Assembly (NCBI GenBank): GCA_029856435.1
Contig: JAHQXB010000100.1
Span: forward strand, 1-40,287
DNA from: Candidatus Jordarchaeia archaeon
GTDB taxonomy: Archaea; Asgardarchaeota; Jordiarchaeia; Jordiarchaeales; Jordiarchaeaceae
Length of the DNA stretch: 40,287 nucleotides
Reading direction: 5' to 3'
Shown: positions 9,693-19,178 of the stretch, piece by piece
Layout of the letters: every line of letters begins with the position of its first letter
Numbering within the stretch: position 1 is the first letter of the stretch
Made by a program: the position numbers and the translations under genes
The notes under the pieces: model-generated
The model's input: only the letters and a program-made list of their open reading frames with translations
What the model was told of the DNA's origin: nothing
Database searches by the model: none

Positions 9693-11644
9693 TGTTTTCC
9701 CTCCAATATTTTTGCTATTTTTTTACGAAGAACTTCAGCTACTATTTTTCCATCAATTTTGCCTCTTACCTTTTCCATCACTTTGCCCATCATAGGGCTA
9801 AACGCCCTATCCCCACTTTTTTCTATAAAGTCACGGCTCTCATAGAGCACCTCATCAATTATTTTTTCAAGTTTCTCAACCGTAATGGTTTCCAACCCTA
9901 ATTCTTTAAGGGCGTCACTAACACTAATTGAGGGGGATTTCGCTAGTTCTTGTAGAATGTTTTCCAATGCTTCTTTTGCTATTTTTCCTTCTGAAATAAA
10001 TTTGAAAACATCTTTAATTTTTTCTTCGGAGATATTGTCTGTTTGGAAGCCCTCCCTCTCCAGAGATTTCATAGTTTGAAGCAAGGTTACAACAACAATT
10101 GTTGGATCTATTTTATATTTCTCGACGATGCCCATAAACAATTCCATTTTCCCTGACGCCATCAATTCTTCTACGAACTCTTCATTTATCTTGTACTTTT
10201 CAGCAAGGCGTTTCTGAGCCACCCAAGGATATTCAGGTAACCTCTTACTAATTGCTGCAACCCTTTCCTTTTCTATGACCAATGGGGGAGTATCTGTATC
10301 GGGATATAAACGCGCCCCACCATGCAACTCTCTTAAAAATTCGCTGTTACCATTTTCTAACGCTCTCCTAGTTTCCCTCATTACACCCTTCAGGGCGCCC
10401 TTAGCCCTATCCACAACAGTCTCCAAGGCCTTTTCCGCCATATCCGCATCACCTATAACAATTGCGTAAGCATCTATTTCCCCTAGTGCAAGAAGATTAC
10501 GTATCTGGGAGTTCTCCTCTGCACTGATGTTATATTTGCTGAGGTTTTCATCAGAATGAATGATGCCTTTTAAACCAGTGATTATCATAACTTTCTCTGC
10601 AATTTCTTTTCCAAAACTCTTCCCTGGCTGAATCTCTTTAGATAAAAGTCCCGCGAATTTTGGAAGTTTTACTGCTAATACGATTTCGTTAGCCTTCCTA
10701 TTTTTGATAATATTGCATTTGGTGGAGGCGAAAACCTGGGAAACGTTCTTAAAATCTTTAGAAAAGTCAGTTTCCTTCACACCACGATTCAACAACTGAT
10801 TCTTAATATCAATTAGTGCAAGTTGTCTCAGTACTTCATTCTCAGCCAGTTTAGGTATCCAATCCAATTTTTGTACTCCTTTAATTTCCACACGCTCTCC
10901 ACCCTCTATACTCACATTTAAATCCTGCCTAATGGTTCCAAGCCCCCTCTTAACCTTCCCTGTCGCCCTGAGAAGCATTCCTATCCTGTAAGCTACTTTG
11001 AGAAGCTCTTCTGGATTCTTAATTTCAGGCGCCGTAACAACTTCAACCAGAGGGATGCCTAATCTATCAACCCTGTAATAAACAGTGCTTTGCTCCTCAC
11101 GGATTTTCCTAGCCGCATCCTCCTCTATACAAATAGTGGCTACTCCAACCTTCCCACCATTAATTGGAATATAGCCCTCTGTTCCAATAATTAATGTACG
11201 CTGAAATCCACAAGGAACTGACCCGTCAAGATAATTTTTACGAAGGACATGTAACTCGTCTATAATCTTTGCATTAAACAATAGGGCAATCTCTATACCT
11301 ATATCTATTGCTTCCTGAGATATGCTAAAAGGAGGAGTTTAATGCTTGTATGCATTCTACATACAAGTTTCATCTATCTCGTAAGTACAATTAACATCAT
11401 CATATACTTCATAAACAATTGTACGCCCCTTTTCATACTCAACAAGCATTGCCTCGTCATACTTACCCATCTCGCCCAAAACAGGTCTAAAGAATCTTTT
11501 AACCAGAAACTGTGGTTCATCGGTCTTCAGAACAGGTTTACAGAAGCAAAAAAGTTTGCGACTGGTTAAAAGCTCCTGGTGAATCTCGACTCCGGCCTTG
11601 AATCCCAGTTTATCATAGTCGAGTTGTATTGCGACCACCTCCAT
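9689..11644 (-). CDS. gatE: Glu-tRNA(Gln) amidotransferase subunit E, intron-containing: join(11644..11369, 11338..9689), about 640 aa
   Basis: The two ORF-track pieces (GFKAGVEIHQ...YEIDE and ...RKNYLDGSVPCGFQRT) are in the same frame. Removing 30 nt gives YEIDE-TPPFSISQEAI, matching the GatE DExPP motif. Start is ATG 11644 or ATA 11629. Confidence 0.93.
11339..11368 (-). other. 30-nt BHB/BHL-type mRNA intron in gatE
   Basis: Pre-mRNA GAUG AA^A CUUGUAUG-UAGAAUG-CAUACAAG CAUU AA^A CUCC: 4-bp central helix, two 3-nt AAA bulges, perfect 8-bp inner stem, in-frame UAG and UAA inside. Confidence 0.88.
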
Positions 11645-11818
11645 TTTTGGAGTTTTTAAATTATTAGTAGATTGTAGCAATACTAATAATACCCTTTACC
11701 TCATAAGAATGTATCATTCTAAAAACATTTTCCTTAGAAAAATTCAAAGTATTTATAACTAATTTTATAACTTAGTCAAATTGACACCCTAATTATTAGC
11801 AAAAGGTGATAAAAATTC

Positions 11819-13426
11819 TTGAAGACACCAGAACCCTCTCAAATATGGAGAACGGCAGCTTACAGCGAAATAATTAATCAAATTCTAAATAATAAGGAAA
11901 AAGGCTTAGAGCTAAACATATTGAAAAAAAGGGTTTGCCAAAAGTACCACCTAGATAAGGTTCCCAGTAACTCAGAAATTCTCAGTTACGCCTCAGAACA
12001 GGAAAGACAACTTTTACTACCCTTACTTCAGAAAAAGAAGGTACGTACAATTTCAGGTATTGCAGTAGTAGCGGTAATGTCCAAGCCTGCCCCCTGCCCC
12101 GGCAAATGCATCTACTGTCCGGGTGGTACTATTGCACCAAAGTCCTACTCGGGACAAGAGCCTGCAGCTATGAGAGCTATTCAAAATAACTTTGACCCAT
12201 ACTTACAAGTGAAAGCCCGACTCGAACAGCTAAAAGCCATAGGTCACAAAGTGGACAAGGGAAAAATTAAGCTAATAGTGATGGGGGGAACTTTTCTCTC
12301 TCTCCCACAAGATTATCAACACTATTTTGTACGTAGATGCCTTGAGGCAATAACTGGCGTCCCCTCTGAAACTTTGGAGGAAGCAAAAAGAGACGCTGAG
12401 CATTCCCACATAAGAAATGTAGGAATAACCTTCGAGACCAGACCCGATTATTGTAGAGAAGAAAATGTTGACAATATACTTAATATGGGTGGCACCCAAG
12501 TTGAGATAGGTGTTCAAACAGTTTATGATGATATTTACAAGCTTGTTAACAGGGGCCACACAGTACAAGAGGTGGTGAAGGCCTTCAGGATAGCTAAAGA
12601 TGCGGGCCTTAAAGTAACAGCACACTTAATGCCAAATCTCCCGGGAACCAATTATGAGAGAGATTTGGATATGTTTAAAACTGTTTTTAATGATCCGAGG
12701 TTTAAGCCAGACGGCCTCAAGATCTATCCCTGTTTGGTGCTTAAAGATACACCTCTCTATGATTTATACCTTAAAGGGGAGTATAGCCCTTACCCCACGG
12801 AAGACGTTATAAAGCTCATTGCTGAAGTCAAAAGAATAATTCCAAAATGGATACGTATCCAACGCATTCAGAGGGATATCCCCTCGAAATTAATTGTCTC
12901 AGGTGTAAAAAGCGGTAATCTAAGAGAACTAGTTGCTGACGAACTAAAAAGAAGAGGGTATAAGTGCCAGTGTATTAGATGCAGAGAAGTGGGCCATATA
13001 TTAAGAAAAAATAATAATATTTTAGATGTGGACGAGGTAGTTTTGCACACCGAGAGATACTCCGCTTCTGAAGGCGAAGAAGTTTTCATATCCTACGAAG
13101 ATAAGGACAGAAATATATTAGTTGGATTTTTAAGACTACGCCGCCCCTCACCTTTAGCCCATAGGCCAGAGATTCAGAATTGTGAATCAATGATTATTAG
13201 AGAATTACACGTCTACGGTCCACTAGTACCCGTCCGTGAAAAACCAAATGATGAGTGGCAACACCGAGGATACGGCAAAAGGTTACTTAGTTTAGCAGAA
13301 AAAATTGCTAGAGAGGAATACGATGCCAAAAAAATTCTAGTCCTCTCCGGCGTAGGTGTTAAAGAGTACTATTATAAACTAGGATACAAACCAGACGGAG
13401 TCTACGTTTCAAAAATGTTAAATTAA
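11819..13426 (+). CDS. elp3: tRNA uridine(34) acetyltransferase Elp3 (radical SAM + GNAT)
   Basis: CPGKCIYCPGG, MGGTF, ETRPD, IRELHVYG and WQHRGYG motifs; TTG start after GGTGA. Confidence 0.96.
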   Translation: MKTPEPSQIWRTAAYSEIINQILNNKEKGLELNILKKRVCQKYHLDKVPSNSEILSYASEQERQLLLPLLQKKKVRTISGIAVVAVMSKPAPCPGKCIYCPGGTIAPKSYSGQEPAAMRAIQNNFDPYLQVKARLEQLKAIGHKVDKGKIKLIVMGGTFLSLPQDYQHYFVRRCLEAITGVPSETLEEAKRDAEHSHIRNVGITFETRPDYCREENVDNILNMGGTQVEIGVQTVYDDIYKLVNRGHTVQEVVKAFRIAKDAGLKVTAHLMPNLPGTNYERDLDMFKTVFNDPRFKPDGLKIYPCLVLKDTPLYDLYLKGEYSPYPTEDVIKLIAEVKRIIPKWIRIQRIQRDIPSKLIVSGVKSGNLRELVADELKRRGYKCQCIRCREVGHILRKNNNILDVDEVVLHTERYSASEGEEVFISYEDKDRNILVGFLRLRRPSPLAHRPEIQNCESMIIRELHVYGPLVPVREKPNDEWQHRGYGKRLLSLAEKIAREEYDAKKILVLSGVGVKEYYYKLGYKPDGVYVSKMLN

Positions 13427-13551
13427 ACCGCTTTATTTTCTTTAGAGAATCCTTTGCAACACCCTTATCTTTAGTATCTTTGCTTTACATCAGCTCTTAA
13501 GGAGAAAGGTTCTTCTACCAATTTTCACTGTGCCACGGGCAAAAAAGGTAT

Positions 13552-13920
13552 TCACTTTAGCTCAGACACTTTTTTCGCTATGTCATTAATCAAGTCCTTC
13601 GCATTTCCCGGATCAATTATACTTGCAGCCGCAGAGGGAACATCTATACCTGCAGCAATGCCAATCTGTTCTTTGCTATGAACATACACATAGGGAATTT
13701 TCTTTTCTTCACATAGCAATGGCAAATGTGCTACTACTTCGGGAGGATCTACATCCTCCGCTAAAATAACTAATTTAGCTTGCCCACGTTCAATGGTCTT
13801 AGTCGTCTCATTTGTGCCCTTTTTAATCTTACCGGTATCACGCGCAATCTCCAATGCTTGCAAAGCCTTTTTAACTAGTTCTTCTGGAACTTGAAATCTC
13901 ACATAAAAGGGCTTCGACAA
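13552..13920 (-). CDS. rpl7ae: 50S ribosomal protein L7Ae
   Basis: [11 protein letters not shown] and [21 protein letters not shown] motifs; TTG start after GGAGG. Confidence 0.98.
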   Translation of the reverse strand: MSKPFYVRFQVPEELVKKALQALEIARDTGKIKKGTNETTKTIERGQAKLVILAEDVDPPEVVAHLPLLCEEKKIPYVYVHSKEQIGIAAGIDVPSAAASIIDPGNAKDLINDIAKKVSELK

Positions 13921-13928
13921 CAGTCATT

Positions 13929-13954
13929 CCTCCTTCAGGCAGCGCCCTCATCAT
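13929..13954 (-). promoter_or_regulatory. Box C/D-like (K-turn/K-loop) motif abutting the SD of rpl7ae
   Basis: Minus strand AUGAUGA-GGGCGCUGC-CUGA-AGGAGG, 9 nt before the TTG; the C-stem is weak. Confidence 0.5.
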
Positions 13955-14096
13955 ATGTGGTAGGGCTTCGCTTTTTTGATTTTTAATGAGAAACAAGTTA
14001 ACATATTTGGCTTATGAAATTTTTGGTTTAGGAGCGCTTTTCACAAACTTAAAGTTGAACCTCATCCCTTATTCAGTTGATTTTTCTCAGAAATAG

Positions 14097-14612
14097 TTAA
14101 TCAGACAAGAATTTAAGAACCTCGTTAAATGCAATTTTAAACCACACAGTATATTTTTCGGGATGCTTTTCCACGTTTTCTTTGAGGGCTTTCACATTCA
14201 CCCATTTATAATCTTCTGCCTCCATTGGATTTACTTCAACTTTTCCATCATAATTACCAACAAAAACATGATCAAACTCATATTCCATAAGATTATGATC
14301 AAGATTAGCCTTATATACAAAGGCGAATATTTTTTTCAAATCACAATCAAAGCCCATTTCTTCTTTTAGTCTTCTGTGAGCAGCTTGTTCCGTGTCTTCG
14401 CCAGGTCTCGGATGACTACAACAAGTATTTGACCACAGACCACCAGAATGATATTTACTTTTAGCTCGTTTTTGGAGAAGAGTTTCTCCCTTGGAGTTGA
14501 AAACAAATATGGAAAAAGCGCGGTGTAATCTCCCTTCTTCGTGTATTCTCATCTTTTCCCCAGTACCTACCTCGTTATCATTCTGATCCACAAGAATTAC
14601 CATTTCACTCAT
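14097..14612 (-). CDS. idi: Isopentenyl-diphosphate delta-isomerase, type 1 (Nudix fold)
   Basis: LHRAFSIFVFN, LLQKRAKSKYHSGGLWSNTCCSHP and EYEFDHVF motifs. Confidence 0.95.
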   Translation of the reverse strand: MSEMVILVDQNDNEVGTGEKMRIHEEGRLHRAFSIFVFNSKGETLLQKRAKSKYHSGGLWSNTCCSHPRPGEDTEQAAHRRLKEEMGFDCDLKKIFAFVYKANLDHNLMEYEFDHVFVGNYDGKVEVNPMEAEDYKWVNVKALKENVEKHPEKYTVWFKIAFNEVLKFLSD

Positions 14613-14790
14613 ACACCTTGCCTCCTATCTACACTTTTCTAAATCATTCTTTGATTATGGGGAAGTTTTACTGCTAAAATATATTTTATTATTTTTGAAT
14701 CTGTTATTTCATCATCATCTTGTTTTAAATCTCTCTTTTTGTTTATCTCAGGCCTTTGCTTGCCAGCCTTAAATCCTGAGATAATTTAAC

Positions 14791-15597
14791 TCATCTCTGG
14801 TTGAATATAAGTGTTCCTAAATCCTGTTTGCCAAGTAGAGATTGGAGAATGTAACCATCCCTTTTTGCATTAATTATTTCTATTTGAATTCCTTTTTGAG
14901 CTAAGGGTAAGACCTCCAATATTTTGCGGTGCATACCCCCTGTAACATCGGTTGTTTTGGATCCCGAAATGTTTTGTAGGGTTTTTTCGATGTTATCTGT
15001 AGTGATTGAACGGATTAATACCGCGCTTCTATTTGTGTTGGGATCAGAATCAAATACTCCATCCACATCTGTTCCAAAAACCACACGTTTAACATTTAAG
15101 TTCTGCGCCAAAAATGCCACAATGTGATCGCCAGATAATATACTATGGCCTTGTTTTTCATCAAAAACTGCATCACCCCACAGCACCGGTATACAACCCA
15201 TATCCAAAGCAAATTTCACAGTTTTAGTATAAATTTCTGATATTTTACCACCGCTCTGAATAGAAATTGCGGAAGGTTGCAGCGGTATGGCAGGCAATCC
15301 CAAGCTTTGGAGTTCCTCTACAAGTATAAAATTTAGTTTACGCATAACCTGAATGGTTTTAGTGAACCCAAATATTTGGTTTCTAGACTTCAAACCCAGA
15401 TGAATATTGTACTTATTTGCAATCCTATGTCCGAACGATCCCCCTCCATGAACTAGAACTAACTTCAAATCAGGACTCTGTTTCAAGGCGCTCTCAATTT
15501 CCCTACTAATTCTCTTAATGGTTTTAAAATCAGCTTGCATCTCCCTATCTTTTTTTGTAATAACGCTACCACCCAACTTAAGTATAACAGAACTCAT
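14791..15597 (-). CDS. ipk: Isopentenyl phosphate kinase
   Basis: ILKLGGSVIT, VHGGGSFGH, SGD and DVTGGM motifs; follows mvk. Confidence 0.92.
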   Translation of the reverse strand: MSSVILKLGGSVITKKDREMQADFKTIKRISREIESALKQSPDLKLVLVHGGGSFGHRIANKYNIHLGLKSRNQIFGFTKTIQVMRKLNFILVEELQSLGLPAIPLQPSAISIQSGGKISEIYTKTVKFALDMGCIPVLWGDAVFDEKQGHSILSGDHIVAFLAQNLNVKRVVFGTDVDGVFDSDPNTNRSAVLIRSITTDNIEKTLQNISGSKTTDVTGGMHRKILEVLPLAQKGIQIEIINAKRDGYILQSLLGKQDLGTLIFNQR

Positions 15598-15713
15598 CAA
15601 AACCTCTCCCTGAAACAATTATTTTCCATTCAGCACACCTAATTTGCGAAGATATTTCTGACTCCAAAATAACTGTAGAAAGTAAACTATCCTTATTTTA
15701 TACAGATAAATTT

Positions 15714-16673
15714 CTATTCTACTTTTACTCCCTGGTGTGAAAAGTTGGTAATAATGGGTTTACCTCCCGCTTTTAATATAGCATCCGCTATTTGTTTCTG
15801 TTTATCCTCTGAGGAAAGAGCGATCATACAGCCTCCTCCGCCCGCGCCTGTTAACTTTGCGCCATATGCTCCATTCTCTCTAGCGGTATTTATTAGTTTG
15901 TTAAGCTCAAAAGTGGATACTCCAATTGCTTCTAGCAACCCCTGGTTGATATCCATTAATTCTCCAAGTGCGTGAAAATCATTCTTGTCTAAAAGTTTTA
16001 GGCTTTCCATAACAATGAGCCCAATCGATTTAATAATTGGCTTCATTATTTTTTCCTGTCTTTGCTTTCTTAACTTTACCTTTCCAACCCACTCTGCAGT
16101 GCTCCTTTTTATACCTGAGTCCCCAATCACAAGAGGAATTTCGGTTTTTATTTTAACCTGCTTCATATTCCCCTTCTCGTAAAGTATTGCGCCACCATAG
16201 GTTGCAATTGTGTTGTCGATCCCAGAAGGAGTTCCATGAACGGTTTTTTCAGCTCCAAAGGCTATACTTGAAATTTCAGAGTTTGATAGATCTAGGTCCA
16301 GACAAGCACTCACAGCCGCAGCAGTAGCTACAGAAACCGCCGCAGAAGAACCCAACCCAGCGCCCGGAGGTATCTCTGATTTTATTGAAATATCGAAGCC
16401 TTTATGTAAGCTAGTTAGAGAAGAAATCTCCTTACAAACAGTCCATACTGGTTTGAAAATTTGGGGTAAATGGGGAGGAGGATGACTTTTATCAATTTTA
16501 AACTTTGCCGCCTGATCATATTCTTTTGAGTAAACTCGAGATATTTTCTCGTCACTCAAATTAACAGATACATAAACACGTTTATCTATAGAAGCCACTA
16601 AAGCGGGCTCACCGTAGACAACAGCATGTTCACCGAAAAAAATAACCTTTCCGGGCGCAGAGGCGGTCACCAT
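15714..16673 (-). CDS. mvk: Mevalonate kinase
   Basis: APGKVIFFGEHAVVYG, PPGAGLGSSAA, HGTPSGID and KLTGAGGGG GHMP motifs. Confidence 0.96.
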   Translation of the reverse strand: MVTASAPGKVIFFGEHAVVYGEPALVASIDKRVYVSVNLSDEKISRVYSKEYDQAAKFKIDKSHPPPHLPQIFKPVWTVCKEISSLTSLHKGFDISIKSEIPPGAGLGSSAAVSVATAAAVSACLDLDLSNSEISSIAFGAEKTVHGTPSGIDNTIATYGGAILYEKGNMKQVKIKTEIPLVIGDSGIKRSTAEWVGKVKLRKQRQEKIMKPIIKSIGLIVMESLKLLDKNDFHALGELMDINQGLLEAIGVSTFELNKLINTARENGAYGAKLTGAGGGGCMIALSSEDKQKQIADAILKAGGKPIITNFSHQGVKVE

Positions 16674-16758
16674 GCTTAACACACCCATAATTAGACGCCA
16701 CAGGCCCTCTAAAAATTGTTACTATCCAATTAAAATTTAAAATAATAATTAGCACTCA

Positions 16759-17370
16759 TCACTGTCTCCTAACTTTGGCTTCAAATTCTTCTACAGAAAC
16801 GGGTAGCTGCCCGTCGGGTGGAATTTCTCCTCTCTCCCTGAGAACTTGCCGAGCTAATAGCCAGTATATTAGAGAGAGAGCTCTACGCCCCTTGTTATTG
16901 CTTGGAATTACCAAATCAATATTCGCAGTAGAATTATCGGTATCGCATAAAGCAACAACTGGAATTCTAGCCTTGGCTGCCTCACTCAAGGCCTGTGAAT
17001 CAGCCCTGGGATCAGTAAGCATTATAACATCGGGCTCTATATATTTGTCGAAAGACGGATTAGTGAATGTTCCCGGAATGAATCTTCCCGCAATTGTATT
17101 AGCATGAATTATGCTGCTAAACTTGCGTACAGGTCTTTGACCATACTGTCTAGCGGACACAACGGCTATTCGGGCAGGTTCAAATCTTGCTAAAAAGCGA
17201 CCGCCAATTCTTATTCTCTCATCTGTTTTTCGGATGTCGAGAACATAAAGTCCATCAGACCTCACTCGGTAGATGAAGGGCTCCATGCTCTTCGTTTTGA
17301 CCTGAGTTCCAATATGGACACCCGCAGCTAGATACTTATCCAATGGGATTAGCAGTTCCGGCTCAGACAT
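16759..17370 (-). CDS. rps2: 30S ribosomal protein S2 (uS2)
   Basis: [20 protein letters not shown] and [10 protein letters not shown] motifs. Confidence 0.98.
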   Translation of the reverse strand: MSEPELLIPLDKYLAAGVHIGTQVKTKSMEPFIYRVRSDGLYVLDIRKTDERIRIGGRFLARFEPARIAVVSARQYGQRPVRKFSSIIHANTIAGRFIPGTFTNPSFDKYIEPDVIMLTDPRADSQALSEAAKARIPVVALCDTDNSTANIDLVIPSNNKGRRALSLIYWLLARQVLRERGEIPPDGQLPVSVEEFEAKVRRQ

Positions 17371-17446
17371 TACTTAACACGCTCTAAATTGCGATTTGAT
17401 TTTGATGTCTAGTCAAATAAATTTTAAACCTAAAAATTTTGTGGAT

Positions 17447-17647
17447 TTAGGTATGTTGACTAAAGGGAATTACATCATCAATCAGATTAACATGACTTAG
17501 CAACATACGTCTACAACAATACCTTGTAAGGCCCATACTAGTTAAAACGGCATCGGGCGGCTCTCCTTGTCTTACTCTCCTAAGAAACTCTTCCCATTTG
17601 TCTCCTACTACTTTTCCACATGTAAAGCATCTTATGGGTATTATCAT
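17447..17647 (-). CDS. rpoN: RNA polymerase subunit N (Rpo10)
   Basis: [12 protein letters not shown]...RYCCRRMLL; start reassigned to ATG 17647 after GGTGA. Confidence 0.97.
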   Translation of the reverse strand: MIIPIRCFTCGKVVGDKWEEFLRRVRQGEPPDAVLTSMGLTRYCCRRMLLSHVNLIDDVIPFSQHT

Positions 17648-17792
17648 AAATCCAATCACCATTAAAAATTTAGGAATGCTCAGACTTCCCAAGCACACAA
17701 GATTATATATAGCTTACCACATTAACATTATTTGGTTTATAAGCGAATAAGTTTGAAGACCTCCATAATTTTCTCATCCTAGGGTGGGATGG

Positions 17793-18203
17793 TTACCTAT
17801 AACTTTTTTGTTCTTTTGCTCGGGCGCCCCTTCCTCCAGGTTTCTTAGGTTCCTTCCGTCTTGGGTCTGAAACTAGAATTTTTCTGTCATACTCTAAAAG
17901 TTTTTGTCTTATTTGAGGATCATCGAAATACTGAGTTAAGGCCTTCGAGATGGAGGTTCTAGCTGCTTCCGCTTGGCTAATCACTCCTCCACCCTTCACA
18001 GTAACATCTATGTCAACTTTGTTATATAAATCAGGGCCTACAAGGATTAAGGGTTCCAGTACTTTTTGGCTAGCTAGAAGTGGTTGCATTAGTTTAATGG
18101 GGATGTTATTAACTCTAATTTTTCCCGTACCAGGTTTTAAGACCGCCCTAGCTATTGCATTTTTTCTTTTTCCACTTGTTAATATTACCACTTTTTTACT
18201 CAA
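17793..18203 (-). CDS. rps9: 30S ribosomal protein S9 (uS9)
   Basis: SGKRKNAIARA, VKGGGVISQAEA and QKSYR C-terminus. Confidence 0.98.
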   Translation of the reverse strand: MSKKVVILTSGKRKNAIARAVLKPGTGKIRVNNIPIKLMQPLLASQKVLEPLILVGPDLYNKVDIDVTVKGGGVISQAEAARTSISKALTQYFDDPQIRQKLLEYDRKILVSDPRRKEPKKPGGRGARAKEQKSYR

Positions 18204-18219
18204 TATTACTCCTCCAAGA

Positions 18220-18750
18220 TTAGATTCTATTAGATGGAGGGAACCACCCTATTTCTCTGGAAAGTGTTTCTATTGTAATGTAGCTAGAGTCCGTTTTTTT
18301 GACATGCGCATCAGTAATTGTTTGAGCGGAAACTTGGCTGTAAAATTCAGGGGTTCCTATGTAAACTCTCAGACGTTTATAGGCTGCTTTTCCTTTAGGT
18401 TTCTTCCAAGGAAGCATGCCCCGGATGGTACGTTTAACTATCCTATCAGGTCTACGGTAATGAAAAGGCCCCTTCCAAGGGGCGGTATGTGTTCTGATTT
18501 CTAATCTCGATTTATATTTAGATATGACTGCGCTTCTCTTACCAGTAATTACCGCTTTTTCAGCGTTGATAATCGCTATTTTTTCGCCTCTTAGTAGGCG
18601 ATTAGCAACCACACTCGCTAACCTTCCAAGAATTAGGTTAGTAGCATCGATTACAGCCAAATTTTCGATTGGCAAATAGTCTCTGTTCTTCTTTTCCTTT
18701 GGTTTCTTTATAGTTTCTTCCAATTTAACCTCTTTTCCTTCTTCTGACAT
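18220..18750 (-). CDS. rpl13: 50S ribosomal protein L13 (uL13) with charged N-terminal extension
   Basis: IDATNLILGRLAS and KRTIRGMLP motifs; start 18750 or 18759. Confidence 0.97.
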   Translation of the reverse strand: MSEEGKEVKLEETIKKPKEKKNRDYLPIENLAVIDATNLILGRLASVVANRLLRGEKIAIINAEKAVITGKRSAVISKYKSRLEIRTHTAPWKGPFHYRRPDRIVKRTIRGMLPWKKPKGKAAYKRLRVYIGTPEFYSQVSAQTITDAHVKKTDSSYITIETLSREIGWFPPSNRI

Positions 18751-18763
18751 TTCGCTCACTCGT

Positions 18764-19129
18764 CTATTTGATTATTTTCACCTTAGTACCGGAAGGGTTT
18801 CTTTTAATGAGTTCTTGAATGGTTATACATTCTCCTCCAGATTTTTTAGTTTTGTTGACAGCCTCTTCAGAGAAGGACAATGCTGCTATGCAAACCTTAT
18901 GTTCTAGCTCTCCTGAACCTAAAACCTTTCCGGGCACTAAAACAGTGTCATCATTGACTGTGTGTCTATTAATTTGGGACAAGTTTACAGAGGTTCTTTT
19001 CCTTCTAGGTTTTCTTAACTCTTCTGAGACTCTTTTCCATATCTTACTTTTCTCTGATTTTGATTTTTTCTCGAGTTCAACTATTAGTTTCCAAACTTCT
19101 GGATTTGTGGGTCCTGTTGTTTTAGGCAA
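18764..19129 (-). CDS. rpl18e: 50S ribosomal protein L18e
   Basis: VNLSQINR and VPGKVLGSG motifs; TTG at 19129 follows GGAGG (ORF-track start at 19219 overlaps rpoD). Confidence 0.95.
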   Translation of the reverse strand: MPKTTGPTNPEVWKLIVELEKKSKSEKSKIWKRVSEELRKPRRKRTSVNLSQINRHTVNDDTVLVPGKVLGSGELEHKVCIAALSFSEEAVNKTKKSGGECITIQELIKRNPSGTKVKIIK

Positions 19130-19178
19130 CTTTTGGCCTCCGCTCTTTATTGTATCTTTCGAAGCAAATATGGGCTTT

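Noticed and set aside
9689-11680. gatE as a pseudogene or two separate genes
   Set aside because: Both halves are in frame and intact; a precise BHB excision restores the conserved motif; gatD is intact.
14700-14722. ATGATGA C-box-like triplet repeat upstream of idi (minus strand)
   Set aside because: No matching CTGA D box at a suitable distance; it is likely a simple (ATG)n repeat.
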